A DNA stretch of 64,000 nt from Calditrichales bacterium (GCA_965267575.1 OZ254086.1:3488001-3552000); one strand, 5' to 3'. Shown: positions 10,632 through 20,767, numbered from the stretch's first letter. Numbers and translations: made by a program. Notes: generated by a model from the letters alone, not told the origin.

Positions 10632-11096
10632 ATGAAATCCCTTCTTTTTATGCTGCTTTTTGTTTTGGCCGTTTATGCCGATGATACGCCGGTCACCAAC
10701 CTTGGCGCCGGTTTAACGCTTGAAACACAAACGGAACTGGCGGTACTCGCTGACACTCCGGAAGAGTATCTCGGTAAAAAAGTGCAGGTGAGCGGGACGG
10801 TTATTGAAGTCTGTGCAAATCGGGGCTGCTGGATAAAAATAACCAGCGGTGAAGGAGACAATCTCAAAACGCTGTTTGTAAAAGTAAAAGACGGCGAGAT
10901 TGTTTTTCCACAAGATGCAATTGGCAAAACGGCCGTTGTTGAAGGCGAAATGGAAAAGATCGAGCTTACGCTGGAGGAGACCCGCGAAAGGGCCAAGCAT
11001 CGCTGCGAAATGAACGGCGAGGAGTATGACCCGGAAGAGATTAAGGAGGCGGAAGTTATTTACAGGCTTAAAGGGCTTGGCGCCGTAATAAAATAA
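10632..11096 (+). CDS. DUF4920-like exported OB-fold protein
   Basis: RBS ggagg before ATG 10632, signal peptide, 'VC..RGCW' and 'FVKVKDG..VFP' motifs. Confidence 0.7.
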   Translation: MKSLLFMLLFVLAVYADDTPVTNLGAGLTLETQTELAVLADTPEEYLGKKVQVSGTVIEVCANRGCWIKITSGEGDNLKTLFVKVKDGEIVFPQDAIGKTAVVEGEMEKIELTLEETRERAKHRCEMNGEEYDPEEIKEAEVIYRLKGLGAVIK

Positions 11097-11112
11097 TTGG
11101 CTGCAAATATTT

Positions 11113-12561
11113 ATGAAAATTGCGATTGTTTCTTCGGAAGTTTACCCGTTTGCCAAAACCGGCGGACTTGCAGACGTATGCGGTGCGCTGGGAAAATATC
11201 TTAAAAAGGGCGGGCATGACGTCCGCCTTATTACTCCCTTTTATTCGGCAACAGATGTCACGATCGGTGAATTTTACGCCGTCGATTATCTGCAGAACCT
11301 GGAAATATGGTTTGGTGACCGGCTTATATCGTTTTCCGTTCATACGGCAAAGCTGCCGGGCAGCAAAACAGACGTATATTTCATTTCCTGTCCGGAGCTC
11401 TACAATCGCTGGACCATCTACACAAACGATCCCGACGAGTGGTTGCGTTTTGCCTTGCTCAACCGGGCGGCGATAGAAATTTGCCAGCGTATGGGCTGGT
11501 CGCCCGATATTTTTCATTGCAATGACTGGCAAACGGCATTGATACCGCTTTACCTGAAAACGACCTATTCCTGGGATAGTCTCTTTACGCACTGCAAAAC
11601 GCTTCTAACCATACATAATATCGGTTACCAGGGGATTTTTGGCAGCGATATTCTGGGCATCCTTGGTTTTAGCGGCTACCCGCACTGGCTGGACGATTAC
11701 GATCTGAAAGCAGGCGTAACCAATTATATGAAGCTGGGGATCATACACGCGGACAAGCTTTCAACAGTAAGTAAAACCTATGCGGAAGAAATTCAGACGG
11801 CGGCGTACGGCGAAGGCTTGCAGGACATGCTCGCTTACCGAAAGCACAATCTTACCGGGATCGTCAATGGTGTGGATTACGAGACCTGGAATCCGGCAAA
11901 AGATCCGCATATACCGTTTCATTTTTCGTTGCAGGATTTAAGCGGGAAAGAGAAGAATAAGAAGGCCCTATGTGAGCATGTAGGGCTGGAATTCACGCCA
12001 GCGGTGCCAATAGTCGGCCTGATATCGCGCCTTGTGGCACAAAAGGGCATGGATTTGATCGTTGACAGAATGGAGCATTTTATTGCTAATTATGATATGC
12101 AGTTTATCGTTCTTGGCAGCGGCGAGCATCTTTACGAGGAGTACTTCGAATTCCTGCTAAGCAAATATTCGCATAAGATGGCGCTTTTCCGTGGTTATAA
12201 TAATCACCTTGCCCATTTGATTGAAGCCGGCGCAGATATCTTCCTGATGCCTTCCCGCTACGAGCCCTGCGGTCTGAACCAGATTTACAGCCTGCATTAC
12301 GGAACGATCCCTGTGGTTCGCAAAACCGGCGGCCTTGCCGATACAGTAGAATTATACGACTGGGAAAGTCAAACCGGCACGGGATTCGTTTTTGAAGACT
12401 ATACACCTGATGCCTTTGCCTGGGCGCTGGACTATGCTTTGAGCACTTACAAAAACAAGCGGGCCTGGAAAACATTGATCAAAAACGCCATGTCGCAAAA
12501 CTTTTCCTGGGAAACGCAAATAAAAGAGTATGTAAAACTTTACAAATCGTTATTTGATTGA
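11113..12561 (+). CDS. glgA: Glycogen synthase
   Basis: KTGGLADV, HCNDWQT, PSRYEPCGLNQ, RKTGGLADTV. Confidence 0.96.
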   Translation: MKIAIVSSEVYPFAKTGGLADVCGALGKYLKKGGHDVRLITPFYSATDVTIGEFYAVDYLQNLEIWFGDRLISFSVHTAKLPGSKTDVYFISCPELYNRWTIYTNDPDEWLRFALLNRAAIEICQRMGWSPDIFHCNDWQTALIPLYLKTTYSWDSLFTHCKTLLTIHNIGYQGIFGSDILGILGFSGYPHWLDDYDLKAGVTNYMKLGIIHADKLSTVSKTYAEEIQTAAYGEGLQDMLAYRKHNLTGIVNGVDYETWNPAKDPHIPFHFSLQDLSGKEKNKKALCEHVGLEFTPAVPIVGLISRLVAQKGMDLIVDRMEHFIANYDMQFIVLGSGEHLYEEYFEFLLSKYSHKMALFRGYNNHLAHLIEAGADIFLMPSRYEPCGLNQIYSLHYGTIPVVRKTGGLADTVELYDWESQTGTGFVFEDYTPDAFAWALDYALSTYKNKRAWKTLIKNAMSQNFSWETQIKEYVKLYKSLFD

Positions 12562-12562
12562 T

Positions 12563-13336
12563 ATGCAGAATAAATTCAAGGGCTTTCTGCTGGATCTGGA
12601 TGGCGTAATCTACCAGGATGATAGGCTGTTGCCCGGCGCTGCACAAGTTGTCCGCTGTCTTCAGGACAAAAATATTCCATTTCGGTTTGTCACAAACACA
12701 ACAACAAAAACGCGGGAACAAATCGCCCAAAAGCTGGAAAAACTGGGGCTGTCCGTTAACACGGATTCAATTTTTTCAGCCTTGTATGGTGTCGAACGCT
12801 ATCTTCAAAAAGAAGGCGCCAAAAACGTCTTCGCGTTACTTCCGGCAACGGTGCGCGAAAGTTTCCCCTTTGAGTTTGACATCAACAAGGAAGCTGATTT
12901 CGTGGTTGTTTGTGATATGGAAGAGGAATTTGATTTTAAAAATCTCAACCAGGCTTTTCAGCATCTTTTTAACGGCGCCAGGCTCATTGCCGCACACCAG
13001 AATCGATACTGGAAAAAAGAAGGGGAACTCCGGCTGGATATTGGTGGTTTCATCAGGCTTCTCGAATATGCCGCTGACATAAAGGCTCACCTTGTCGGCA
13101 AACCATCCACTGATTTTTTTAAGATGGCTTTGGACGATATGGAGCTGAATGCCGAAGATGTGCTTATGAGCGGAGATGATATTGAATCAGATGTGAGTGG
13201 TGCACAGTCAGCAGGCATTAAGGCTGCACTTGTAAAAGGCGGAAAATTTAACGAAAAACAACTGAAAAAGAGTAAGGTAAATCCGGATTTTGTTTTTACG
13301 GATATCGGAGATTTATTCAGCGAAAATTTAATTTGA
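12563..13336 (+). CDS. HAD-IIA hydrolase (TIGR01458/LHPP-like)
   Basis: DLDGV motif I, TNTT, GKPS, GDDIESDV; ATG 12563 preferred over TTG 12554. Confidence 0.85.
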   Translation: MQNKFKGFLLDLDGVIYQDDRLLPGAAQVVRCLQDKNIPFRFVTNTTTKTREQIAQKLEKLGLSVNTDSIFSALYGVERYLQKEGAKNVFALLPATVRESFPFEFDINKEADFVVVCDMEEEFDFKNLNQAFQHLFNGARLIAAHQNRYWKKEGELRLDIGGFIRLLEYAADIKAHLVGKPSTDFFKMALDDMELNAEDVLMSGDDIESDVSGAQSAGIKAALVKGGKFNEKQLKKSKVNPDFVFTDIGDLFSENLI

Positions 13337-13375
13337 ACTTCGCAGTTTCATTAAGGTATAAAACCCTGAAATTAT

Positions 13376-13404
13376 TTGAGACCTTACTTGCAAACCTTTA
13401 TATT
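13376..13404 (+). promoter_or_regulatory. Putative sigma70 promoter of ssrA
   Basis: TTGAGA-17 nt-TATATT, ending 15 nt upstream of the mature tmRNA 5' end. Confidence 0.45.
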
Positions 13405-13419
13405 ATAAGACGCTCGTTT

Positions 13420-13777
13420 GGGGACGTTTTTGGATTCGACGGGCAAGAGAAGGATACGAACAGCGATCCGGGATTCCGGTTACCCCGTGATTAGCCGGAA
13501 GCACGATAAGTGCCAATAATAATTACGCATTAGCAGCGTAAACTTACGACTGCTACGTTTTAGTTTTCCCCCATCCATCGGAGATTTCTAAAACGCCATA
13601 CTAAGATGGATTGCGCGATTGCTTTTTCTGCGGGCATGAGCGCATAACTAAGCAGGATTTGTTGCATCATAGGTTGGCCGACTGTCCAATGATGTGACGA
13701 GACTTAACAGGCGGCTATGATTGTAGACGTTCGTGTTGGTCCTTGTCCGGACCCGGGTTCGACTCCCGGCGTCTCCA
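13420..13777 (+). ncRNA. ssrA: tmRNA; tag reading frame 13512-13541 encodes ANNNYALAA*
   Basis: 5' GGGGACG...GGATTCGAC; 3' T-arm CCGGGTTCGACTCCCGG plus CGTCTCC-A; G3.U alanyl identity pair; tag ends ALAA-stop. Confidence 0.97.
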
Positions 13778-13785
13778 CTATTTTT

Positions 13786-13917
13786 ATGGAAAGTATACTA
13801 ATAGTCATATTATTGGTTGTATTCGTGTGGTTGTTCTACAACGCGCGTAAACAATCGAAGAGGTCCGCGCAAAAAAAACGCGACATTGTCGACCGTATTA
13901 AAAGGCGTGAAAGATAA
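13786..13917 (+). CDS. Putative 43-aa membrane peptide
   Basis: MESILIVILLVVFVWLFY hydrophobic stretch followed by a basic tail; no clear RBS. Confidence 0.45.
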   Translation: MESILIVILLVVFVWLFYNARKQSKRSAQKKRDIVDRIKRRER

Positions 13918-13925
13918 AAAAAATA

Positions 13926-13955
13926 TTGACTCAAATAGTATCAGGTTCCTATATT
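13926..13955 (+). promoter_or_regulatory. Putative sigma70 promoter of the tRNA operon
   Basis: TTGACT-18 nt-TATATT preceded by an A-tract (UP-element-like). Confidence 0.55.
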
Positions 13956-13993
13956 CGAATCTTTGATTTTAAGACATAGCATCATGTTTTTAA

Positions 13994-14067
<74 letters not shown>

Positions 14068-14095
14068 CTTTTTATTGGTGGCATTTTGAAAATAA

Positions 14096-14169
14096 GGCGA
14101 CGTACCCAAGTGGCTTAAGGGAGAGGTCTGCAAAACCTCCATTCGCCGGTTCGAATCCGGCCGTCGCCT
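14096..14169 (+). tRNA. tRNA-Cys(GCA)
   Basis: Acceptor GGCGACG/CGTCGCC, anticodon loop CTGCAAA, U73; CCA not encoded. Confidence 0.97.
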
Positions 14170-14195
14170 CTAATAATAATTCCCCAAAGTACGGC

Positions 14196-14281
14196 GCCGG
14201 GGTGGTGGAATTGGTAGACACAAGGGACTTAAAATCCCTCGGGCCTTTACGCCCGTGCCGGTTCGAGTCCGGCCCTCGGTA
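14196..14281 (+). tRNA. tRNA-Leu(TAA)
   Basis: Acceptor GCCGGGG/CCTCGGT, loop CTTAAAA, long variable arm CGGGC-CTTTAC-GCCCG; CCA not encoded. Confidence 0.97.
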
Positions 14282-14292
14282 CAAGATTTAAC

Positions 14293-14334
14293 AAGGGTTT
14301 ATGTAAAACGAAATGTTTGCATGAACCCTTTTTT
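14293..14334 (+). terminator. Intrinsic terminator of the tRNA operon
   Basis: AAGGGTTTATGTAAA...TTTGCATGAACCCTT stem (with G.U pairs) plus T-run. Confidence 0.7.
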
Positions 14335-14580
14335 ATTTTCGCCATCCTTCCCATCTTAAAAAACGTTCATTTTCTTTTAAAAAAAGGATGAATCTTTTGT
14401 CATTAACTCATATATTTCTAACGCTCTTCATTTATGTGAATAATTTTGCCCATTTTTGTGGACAAAAATCAGCCTATCTTTTTATAAAATTACTTTTTGA
14501 GAATTTCCGGAATATTCTCTTCGTGACACTATGCCCGGGGGGTAAGAAAACTTGCTTGTCCGCCCCCCTCGCGGATGAGC

Positions 14581-14618
14581 AGAACGGGACGGGTGAGTTT
14601 TTCCGTCCCTGTTCTTTT
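14581..14618 (+). terminator. Terminator-like hairpin about 125 nt upstream of the Omp85-type gene
   Basis: AGAACGGGACGG / CCGTCCC(T)GTTCT stem followed by TTTT. Confidence 0.5.
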
Positions 14619-14744
14619 AATCTAAAAAGCTTACCTCAACCTCTATAAACAATTATTAATCCTGAATATCGTTATCCGCTTTACTTTTTTGAATAGTAGT
14701 TTTTGTTAATCAAAAATAGTAAATCATAAAGGCATTCGGGACTA

Positions 14745-17700
14745 ATGAATTACTTAAAAAATCTATCAACTTATTCGCTCTTGGTTTGGATAACAGCAAG
14801 TGTTTTGCTCATATGCAGTCCTCTACAAAGCCAGTATTTTGGCAGAAATAAAGTGAAGTATGAGGATTTTGATTTCAAGATAATGAAATCGGAAACATTT
14901 AAAGTTTATTACTATCCCGGTGAAGAAACTGCGGTTCAAAACGCCATTGCCATACTGGAAACATGGCATAGTTCTATGGATGGTATTTTTAATATTGGTC
15001 TTGCTCCGGACCAACCCATTATCCTTTACGCAAACCATGCAGATTTCCAGCAAACAAACGTAACCGGCGGCATTATACCGCAAGGCACCGGCGGTTTTAC
15101 GGAAGGTCTTAAAAACCGCATCGTATTGCCATTTAGCGGCATAAACAGTGAAGATAAGCATGTTTTGGGGCACGAGCTCGTTCATGCTTTTCAATATAAA
15201 CTTATGCGAACATTGCGGGAAACACGGTCCGGTTCGGGGCGCACACCATTATGGATGGTGGAAGGAATGGCGGAGTATCTGTCCATTGGGCGCAAGGATC
15301 CGCTTACGGCCATGTGGATGCGTGATGCCATTATGCATAACGATCTACCGGCCGTTGAAGACCTGGCCCGGAGTAGCCGCTATTTTCCATACCGTTGGGG
15401 TCACGCCATGTGGTCTTTTATTGCCAGTAAATGGGGTGATGAAGTTATACTTGACCTGTTTACATCGGTTTTAAAGAACGGAATGCAAAAGGGTTTTAAC
15501 CAGGTTTTGGGAGTCAGCGGTGATACTTTAAGTGCAATGTGGAAAAGGAGTCTTAAACAGACATATGCACCACAGGTAAAGGATACGTCCCGGCATAAGG
15601 AAAATCTTAGACACATAATTGGTGGCGGTGGAGGAATGAACATGGCGCCAAGTCTTAGCCCCAACGGCAAGTATATCGCTTTTCTTTCACGGCGTGAATT
15701 GTTTACGATAGACCTTTACCTGGCTGATGCTAAAACCGGTGAGGTCATAAAAAAGCTTGTCAGCTCAAATACAGATCAGCACTTTGATGCCTTACGTTTT
15801 ATGAATTCTGCAGGCTCATGGTCTCCCGAGGGGAGCAGGTTCGCTTTTGTTGTCTTTAAAAACGGTGACAACGGCATAGCCATTCTTGATGTTGAGCGTC
15901 GTGAAGTTGAGAAGACGATTTCGATGAAGCAGGTTGATCAAATTACGAATATTGCCTGGTCACCTGATGGCAATCGCATTCTTTATTCCGGTGCCATTGG
16001 CGGAATCAGCGATTTATTTATTTATGATTTAAAAAAAGAACAAAACGAACAGATAACCGACGACCTTTATTCGGAAATTCAACCTTCATGGTCGCCTGAT
16101 GGAAAGAAGATTGCTTTTGCCACGGATCGCGGTCCGCAAACCGATCTGCAAAGAAACATTTACGGTCCCATGAAAATAGCCGTGATGTCCCTCGAGAACG
16201 ATCAGACAGATTTATTATACATCTCGGAAAAGGCCAAGCACATTAATCCTTATTTTTCAGCGGACGGCAAATCTATCTTTATGGTGGCTGACCCGGATGG
16301 CATCAGCAATGTTTATCGCTATGAACTGGCTTCCGGGAGGCTATTGCAGTTAACCCATTTGTTAACCGGTGTAAGCGGACTCACGGAACTGTCGCCGGCG
16401 ATGTCTGTTGCTTCAAATAAGGGGCTGGTTGCCGTAAGCGTATATGAGAAGAACGAATACAATATTTATACCTTGGACGCTTCTGATAGCCCGGGAGACG
16501 TTTACCAGGATGAGGATGGGTTTACGGCTACGGTTTCCCTGCCGATCGCCGAACGTGCCTCTGACGGGAGGGTTGAAGATTATTTACACGGTGACAGGCC
16601 CGTCGCAGGGCTGGAAAAAGCGCCGAAAAAGCGTTCATACGATCCTTCGCTGCGACTTATCCACATTGGACAGGCCGGTATTGGTATCGTGGCCGACCGC
16701 TATGGTGCTACTCTGGGCGGCGGCGTGAGCATGTTCTTTAGTGATATGCTGGGTAATCATGTTATGGGTGTTGCCGTGCAAAGCAATGGCGGGCTTAAGG
16801 ATATTGGCGGGCAGGTCATGTACCAAAACCTGGAAAACCGTTATAATTGGGGCGCAAGTTTAGCGCATATTCCTTATCAAACCGCCAGCCTTGCCGTAAG
16901 GCCGGACACGGTAAATGTTGGTGGAGATCAGGTTCTGGGCCGACGATATGAATTGTTGAGGCAGCGCATATTTATAGATCGCCTGACCCTAAATACGGAA
17001 TACCCGCTTTCGCAAAATCGCCGCCTTGAATTTGGAACGGGATATACCCGCTATACGCCGGATTACGAGCTGGAATACTTCACAACTGTGCAGGGCTTTC
17101 AGGTTGACCGCGGAACGGAAGATCTGCAGGAGCCGAATGCTTTAAACCTCTTTCAATCCTCCGTGGCTTATGTGGGCGATTATTCCTTTTTTGGCTTTAC
17201 ATCCCCCGTGGACGGACGCCGTTACCGCTTTGAGGCCGAGCCTACGATCGGGTCATTGAAATTTGTAACGCTGCTGGCAGATTACCGCTATTATCATTTT
17301 CAAAATCCGGTGACATTTGCCGTACGTGGAATGCACATTGGTCGTTACTGGGAAGATGCCGAAAGCAGCCGCCTCCCGCCGTTGTACCTTGGATACCAGA
17401 CATATTTACGCGGCTACAGCCTGGGATCGATCGATTTCCAAAATTGCCAGACGGGTTCATCGGGGCGCTGCCTGATATATGACCAGCTTGTGGGCTCACG
17501 AATGGCGCTTGTGAACGCTGAAGTGCGGCTTCCCTTTTTCGGGACTGAGGAATTCGGGCTGATCAATTTTCCTTATGTACCAACAGAGCTGGTTGCGTTT
17601 GCCGATGGCGGTGTTACCTGGAGCAAAGGCGATCAACCCGAGCTGAAGTTTGACACAGACCCTTCCGAACATGTGCCGGTTTTCAGCACCGGCGTTGCCG

Positions 17701-17810
17701 CGCGCGTAAACTTAATGGGTTACGCGGTGCTACAGTTTTATTACGCACATGCTTTTCAGCGCGAAAAAAATAAAGGACAATTCGGCTTTTTTATTTCGCC
17801 GGGATGGTAA
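14745..17810 (+). CDS. Outer-membrane protein: peptidase MA-like domain, TolB/PD40 propeller and Omp85-type barrel
   Basis: 'QYFGRNKV' start, HELVH..EGMAEY zinc motif, repeated WSPDG, 'LRGY' barrel loop, terminal aromatic W. Confidence 0.85.
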   Translation: MNYLKNLSTYSLLVWITASVLLICSPLQSQYFGRNKVKYEDFDFKIMKSETFKVYYYPGEETAVQNAIAILETWHSSMDGIFNIGLAPDQPIILYANHADFQQTNVTGGIIPQGTGGFTEGLKNRIVLPFSGINSEDKHVLGHELVHAFQYKLMRTLRETRSGSGRTPLWMVEGMAEYLSIGRKDPLTAMWMRDAIMHNDLPAVEDLARSSRYFPYRWGHAMWSFIASKWGDEVILDLFTSVLKNGMQKGFNQVLGVSGDTLSAMWKRSLKQTYAPQVKDTSRHKENLRHIIGGGGGMNMAPSLSPNGKYIAFLSRRELFTIDLYLADAKTGEVIKKLVSSNTDQHFDALRFMNSAGSWSPEGSRFAFVVFKNGDNGIAILDVERREVEKTISMKQVDQITNIAWSPDGNRILYSGAIGGISDLFIYDLKKEQNEQITDDLYSEIQPSWSPDGKKIAFATDRGPQTDLQRNIYGPMKIAVMSLENDQTDLLYISEKAKHINPYFSADGKSIFMVADPDGISNVYRYELASGRLLQLTHLLTGVSGLTELSPAMSVASNKGLVAVSVYEKNEYNIYTLDASDSPGDVYQDEDGFTATVSLPIAERASDGRVEDYLHGDRPVAGLEKAPKKRSYDPSLRLIHIGQAGIGIVADRYGATLGGGVSMFFSDMLGNHVMGVAVQSNGGLKDIGGQVMYQNLENRYNWGASLAHIPYQTASLAVRPDTVNVGGDQVLGRRYELLRQRIFIDRLTLNTEYPLSQNRRLEFGTGYTRYTPDYELEYFTTVQGFQVDRGTEDLQEPNALNLFQSSVAYVGDYSFFGFTSPVDGRRYRFEAEPTIGSLKFVTLLADYRYYHFQNPVTFAVRGMHIGRYWEDAESSRLPPLYLGYQTYLRGYSLGSIDFQNCQTGSSGRCLIYDQLVGSRMALVNAEVRLPFFGTEEFGLINFPYVPTELVAFADGGVTWSKGDQPELKFDTDPSEHVPVFSTGVAARVNLMGYAVLQFYYAHAFQREKNKGQFGFFISPGW

Positions 17811-17830
17811 AAAGAACGGAGTAAACAAAG

Positions 17831-19411
17831 ATGAGCAGCAAAGAGATCATCCTTGCTAAAACAGACGACCTGCAAAACGGTGAGATGAAGAAAATCACGC
17901 TGGACGATGAGCGTGAAATTTTGTTGAGTCGTGTTGATGATTCATTTTATGCCACAGAGGCTTACTGTACGCATTACGGTGCGCCGCTTGATACGGGCGT
18001 TATCTGCGGCAACCGCATAATCTGTCCCTGGCACCATGCGGTATTTAAAGCGGACAGTGGAAAACTGTGCGACCCGCCGGCACTTGACGGATTGGGCGCC
18101 TATGATCTTCAGGTCCGGGGAAAAGATGTATTGCTGATTGGAGAAAAGCCTAAAAAAGTGCCATCCAAAAAGGAAGACAGCAGAACGTTTGTGATCGTAG
18201 GTGGTGGTGCGGCTGGAAATGCGGCCGCGCTGGCGTTGCGCGAATTCGGCTTTAAAGGACATTTGATTATTGTCTCCGCTGATGAACACCCGCCTTATGA
18301 CCGCCCCAATCTGAGCAAGGATTTCCTGCAGGGTGATTTTGAAATGGACTGGTTGCCTTTACGTGAAAAAGGCTACTATTCGGACAATAAGATTGAGATT
18401 ATCCTGAACCAAAAGGTGAAGGAGTTGGATACGGCAAAACGTGAAGTTGCACTTGAAGCGGGGCAAAGGCTCAAATACGACAAACTGTTGCTTGCCACGG
18501 GAGGGCGGCCGCGAAAGCTGCATACGAATGGAAGCGATCTGAAAAACGTGTTTACGCTGCGCACCCGCAACGATGCTGAAAAGATCCTGAAAGTTGCTGA
18601 AAAATCTAAAAATATCGCTGTTGTTGGTGCCAGTTTTATCGGCATGGAGACAGCGGAGAATTTGCACCGTGATGGCAAAAACGTAAGCATCATCGCGCCG
18701 GAAGAGGTGCCTTTTGCCGGGTTGTTTGGCAAGAAGTTTGGCGAGATGATTCGCAAGAAGCAGGAAGAGGCCGGGTTGAGTTTTCACTTGGGCAGAAAAG
18801 TGCAGGAGTTTAAGGGAAGCGGCAAAGTAAGCAGCGTGCTGCTGGACAACGGCGACAGCGTGGATGCAGATATGGTTATTGTGGGCATTGGCGTAGAGCC
18901 GGTAAGCGACTTTATTAATAGTCTGCCGCGCGACAAAGACAACAGCCTGGTAGTGGACGCACACCTTGCCGCTGCTGAAAACGTTTATGCCGCCGGCGAT
19001 ATCGCTACGTTTCCGTATGCGGTAACAGGCAACAAAATCCGTGTGGAGCACTGGCGGGTAGCCGACCAACTGGGTCGTATAGCCGCGCAAAACATGCTGG
19101 GACTGGATGTGAAAGCCGATATCGTTCCCTTTTTCTGGACAAGCCTGGCCGGCCTGAGATTGCGCTACGTGGGACATGTGAAAGAGTGGAATGAGACCAT
19201 TGTGGCGGGAGATATAAACAGCGACGATTTTATGATCTGTTACGTGAAGGATGGTCGACTGCTTGCGGCGCTGGCCACCGGGCGGGACAAAGAGATGGCC
19301 GCATTTGAAGAACTGCTGCGTCTGGGTAAAATGCCTGAGCCCAAAGCGTTGGGTAAAATAAAACCAAACACGTTTCAGCAGATTCTTAAATCGGCTTGCG
19401 GCGAACAGTAA
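17831..19411 (+). CDS. Rieske [2Fe-2S] fused to FAD/NAD(P)H reductase (AIF3-like)
   Basis: CTHYG...CPWHH Rieske motif; GGGAAG, PYDRPNLSK, LATG, GASFIG, AAGD. Confidence 0.9.
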   Translation: MSSKEIILAKTDDLQNGEMKKITLDDEREILLSRVDDSFYATEAYCTHYGAPLDTGVICGNRIICPWHHAVFKADSGKLCDPPALDGLGAYDLQVRGKDVLLIGEKPKKVPSKKEDSRTFVIVGGGAAGNAAALALREFGFKGHLIIVSADEHPPYDRPNLSKDFLQGDFEMDWLPLREKGYYSDNKIEIILNQKVKELDTAKREVALEAGQRLKYDKLLLATGGRPRKLHTNGSDLKNVFTLRTRNDAEKILKVAEKSKNIAVVGASFIGMETAENLHRDGKNVSIIAPEEVPFAGLFGKKFGEMIRKKQEEAGLSFHLGRKVQEFKGSGKVSSVLLDNGDSVDADMVIVGIGVEPVSDFINSLPRDKDNSLVVDAHLAAAENVYAAGDIATFPYAVTGNKIRVEHWRVADQLGRIAAQNMLGLDVKADIVPFFWTSLAGLRLRYVGHVKEWNETIVAGDINSDDFMICYVKDGRLLAALATGRDKEMAAFEELLRLGKMPEPKALGKIKPNTFQQILKSACGEQ

Positions 19412-19445
19412 AAACTTTCATTGATAACTGAAGGGAGCTTAAACC

Positions 19446-19769
19446 ATGAAGACAATCACAAAGGAAACACTGAAAGAAAAGCTTGAGAACAATGACGTTA
19501 CGCTTGTTGAGGTCTTAAGCGAAGATCAATACAAGGAAAGCCACATTAAAGGGGCCATTAATATACCGCTAAAAAATATCGTCAGTGAGGCAAAGAAGAA
19601 ATTCGACCAGGACGAAGAGATCGTTGTTTATTGCTCCGATGAAGAGTGCACGGCCAGCCCAACGGCTGCTTCAAAACTGGAGAAATCGGGCTTTGAAAAT
19701 GTGTACGATTTTGAAGGTGGAAAAAAAGAATGGCGCGAAGCCGGTTACCCCATGGCCGGTAATAACTAG
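19446..19769 (+). CDS. Rhodanese-like domain protein
   Basis: HIKGAINIP, IVVYCSDEEC, FEGGKKEW. Confidence 0.85.
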   Translation: MKTITKETLKEKLENNDVTLVEVLSEDQYKESHIKGAINIPLKNIVSEAKKKFDQDEEIVVYCSDEECTASPTAASKLEKSGFENVYDFEGGKKEWREAGYPMAGNN

Positions 19770-19784
19770 GAGCCACCTGCTGAA

Positions 19785-20129
19785 ATGAACGAGAAACCAA
19801 AGGTGCTTGTAGACAGTGAATGCGCGTTTTGCAATAAAAGCGTTGCTTTCATCATCGAGCACGGTGGCGAAAGCGATTTGGATTTTCTATCGCTCTATTC
19901 CGATGAGGGCAAGCAGTTACTTAAAAAGCATGGACTACCGCAAGATTATAATAAATCGCTGGTGCTTATTGAAGACGGCAAACTGTACCTTAAATTGGAC
20001 GCCGCCCTAAAAATTGCACGCCGGCTGGATGGAATCTGGCCGGTTTTTTATTATTTCCGTTTTGTGCCGCGGTTTATTCGTGACGCCGTTTATGACATCA
20101 TTTCCCGCCACCGTCATAAGCTGATTTAA
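19785..20129 (+). CDS. DCC1-like thiol-disulfide oxidoreductase (DUF393)
   Basis: DxxCxxC (DSECAFC), 'PRFIRDAVYDIISRHR'. Confidence 0.85.
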   Translation: MNEKPKVLVDSECAFCNKSVAFIIEHGGESDLDFLSLYSDEGKQLLKKHGLPQDYNKSLVLIEDGKLYLKLDAALKIARRLDGIWPVFYYFRFVPRFIRDAVYDIISRHRHKLI

Positions 20130-20197
20130 TATTTGCCTCTGAACAGCATCTTGGATAAGCTTGCCTTTTACAATTCCAACACATCACGAGGAAAGCT

Positions 20198-20767
20198 ATG
20201 AAAAGCTGTGCCTGGGCCGCTGATCCCATCCACCATGACTACCACGATAAAGAGTGGGGCGTACCCGTTCATGACGACCGCCTTCTGTTCGAATTCCTGA
20301 TTCTGGAAGGAGCGCAGGCCGGCCTGAGCTGGTCGACAATACTGGCCAAGCGCGATAATTATCGCCGTTTGTTTGACAATTTTGACCCCCAAAAAGTCAG
20401 CAAATACGACGAAGCAAAAATTGAATCGCTACTACAGGATGCCGGTATTGTACGCAACAGGTTAAAAGTGAACGCGGCGGTTACAAACGCCAAAGCCTTC
20501 CTCGAGATTCAGCGCGAGTTTGGCAGTTTTGACACATGGATATGGTCTTTTGTGGACTATAAACCGATTCAGAACAAATGGAATATGCTTTCAGAATTGC
20601 CGGCGCACACCGAGATTTCCGACCGCATGAGCAAGGAGCTGAAAAAACGCGGCTTCAAATTCGTCGGCTCCACGATTTGCTACGCTTTTATGCAGGCGAC
20701 GGGGATGGTGAATGACCACACGGAGGATTGCTTCCGCTATGAAGAAATCAAAAAGATGGCAGGATAA
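20198..20767 (+). CDS. tag: DNA-3-methyladenine glycosylase I
   Basis: YHDKEWG, LEGAQAGLSW, GFKFVG, QATGMVNDH. Confidence 0.95.
   Translation: MKSCAWAADPIHHDYHDKEWGVPVHDDRLLFEFLILEGAQAGLSWSTILAKRDNYRRLFDNFDPQKVSKYDEAKIESLLQDAGIVRNRLKVNAAVTNAKAFLEIQREFGSFDTWIWSFVDYKPIQNKWNMLSELPAHTEISDRMSKELKKRGFKFVGSTICYAFMQATGMVNDHTEDCFRYEEIKKMAG

Noticed and set aside
13717..13785. N-terminal extension of ORF 13717-13917
   Set aside because: Overlaps the tmRNA T-arm and acceptor stem; ATG 13786 is the plausible start
14072..14284. 70-aa minus-strand ORF
   Set aside because: Antisense shadow of tRNA-Cys and tRNA-Leu
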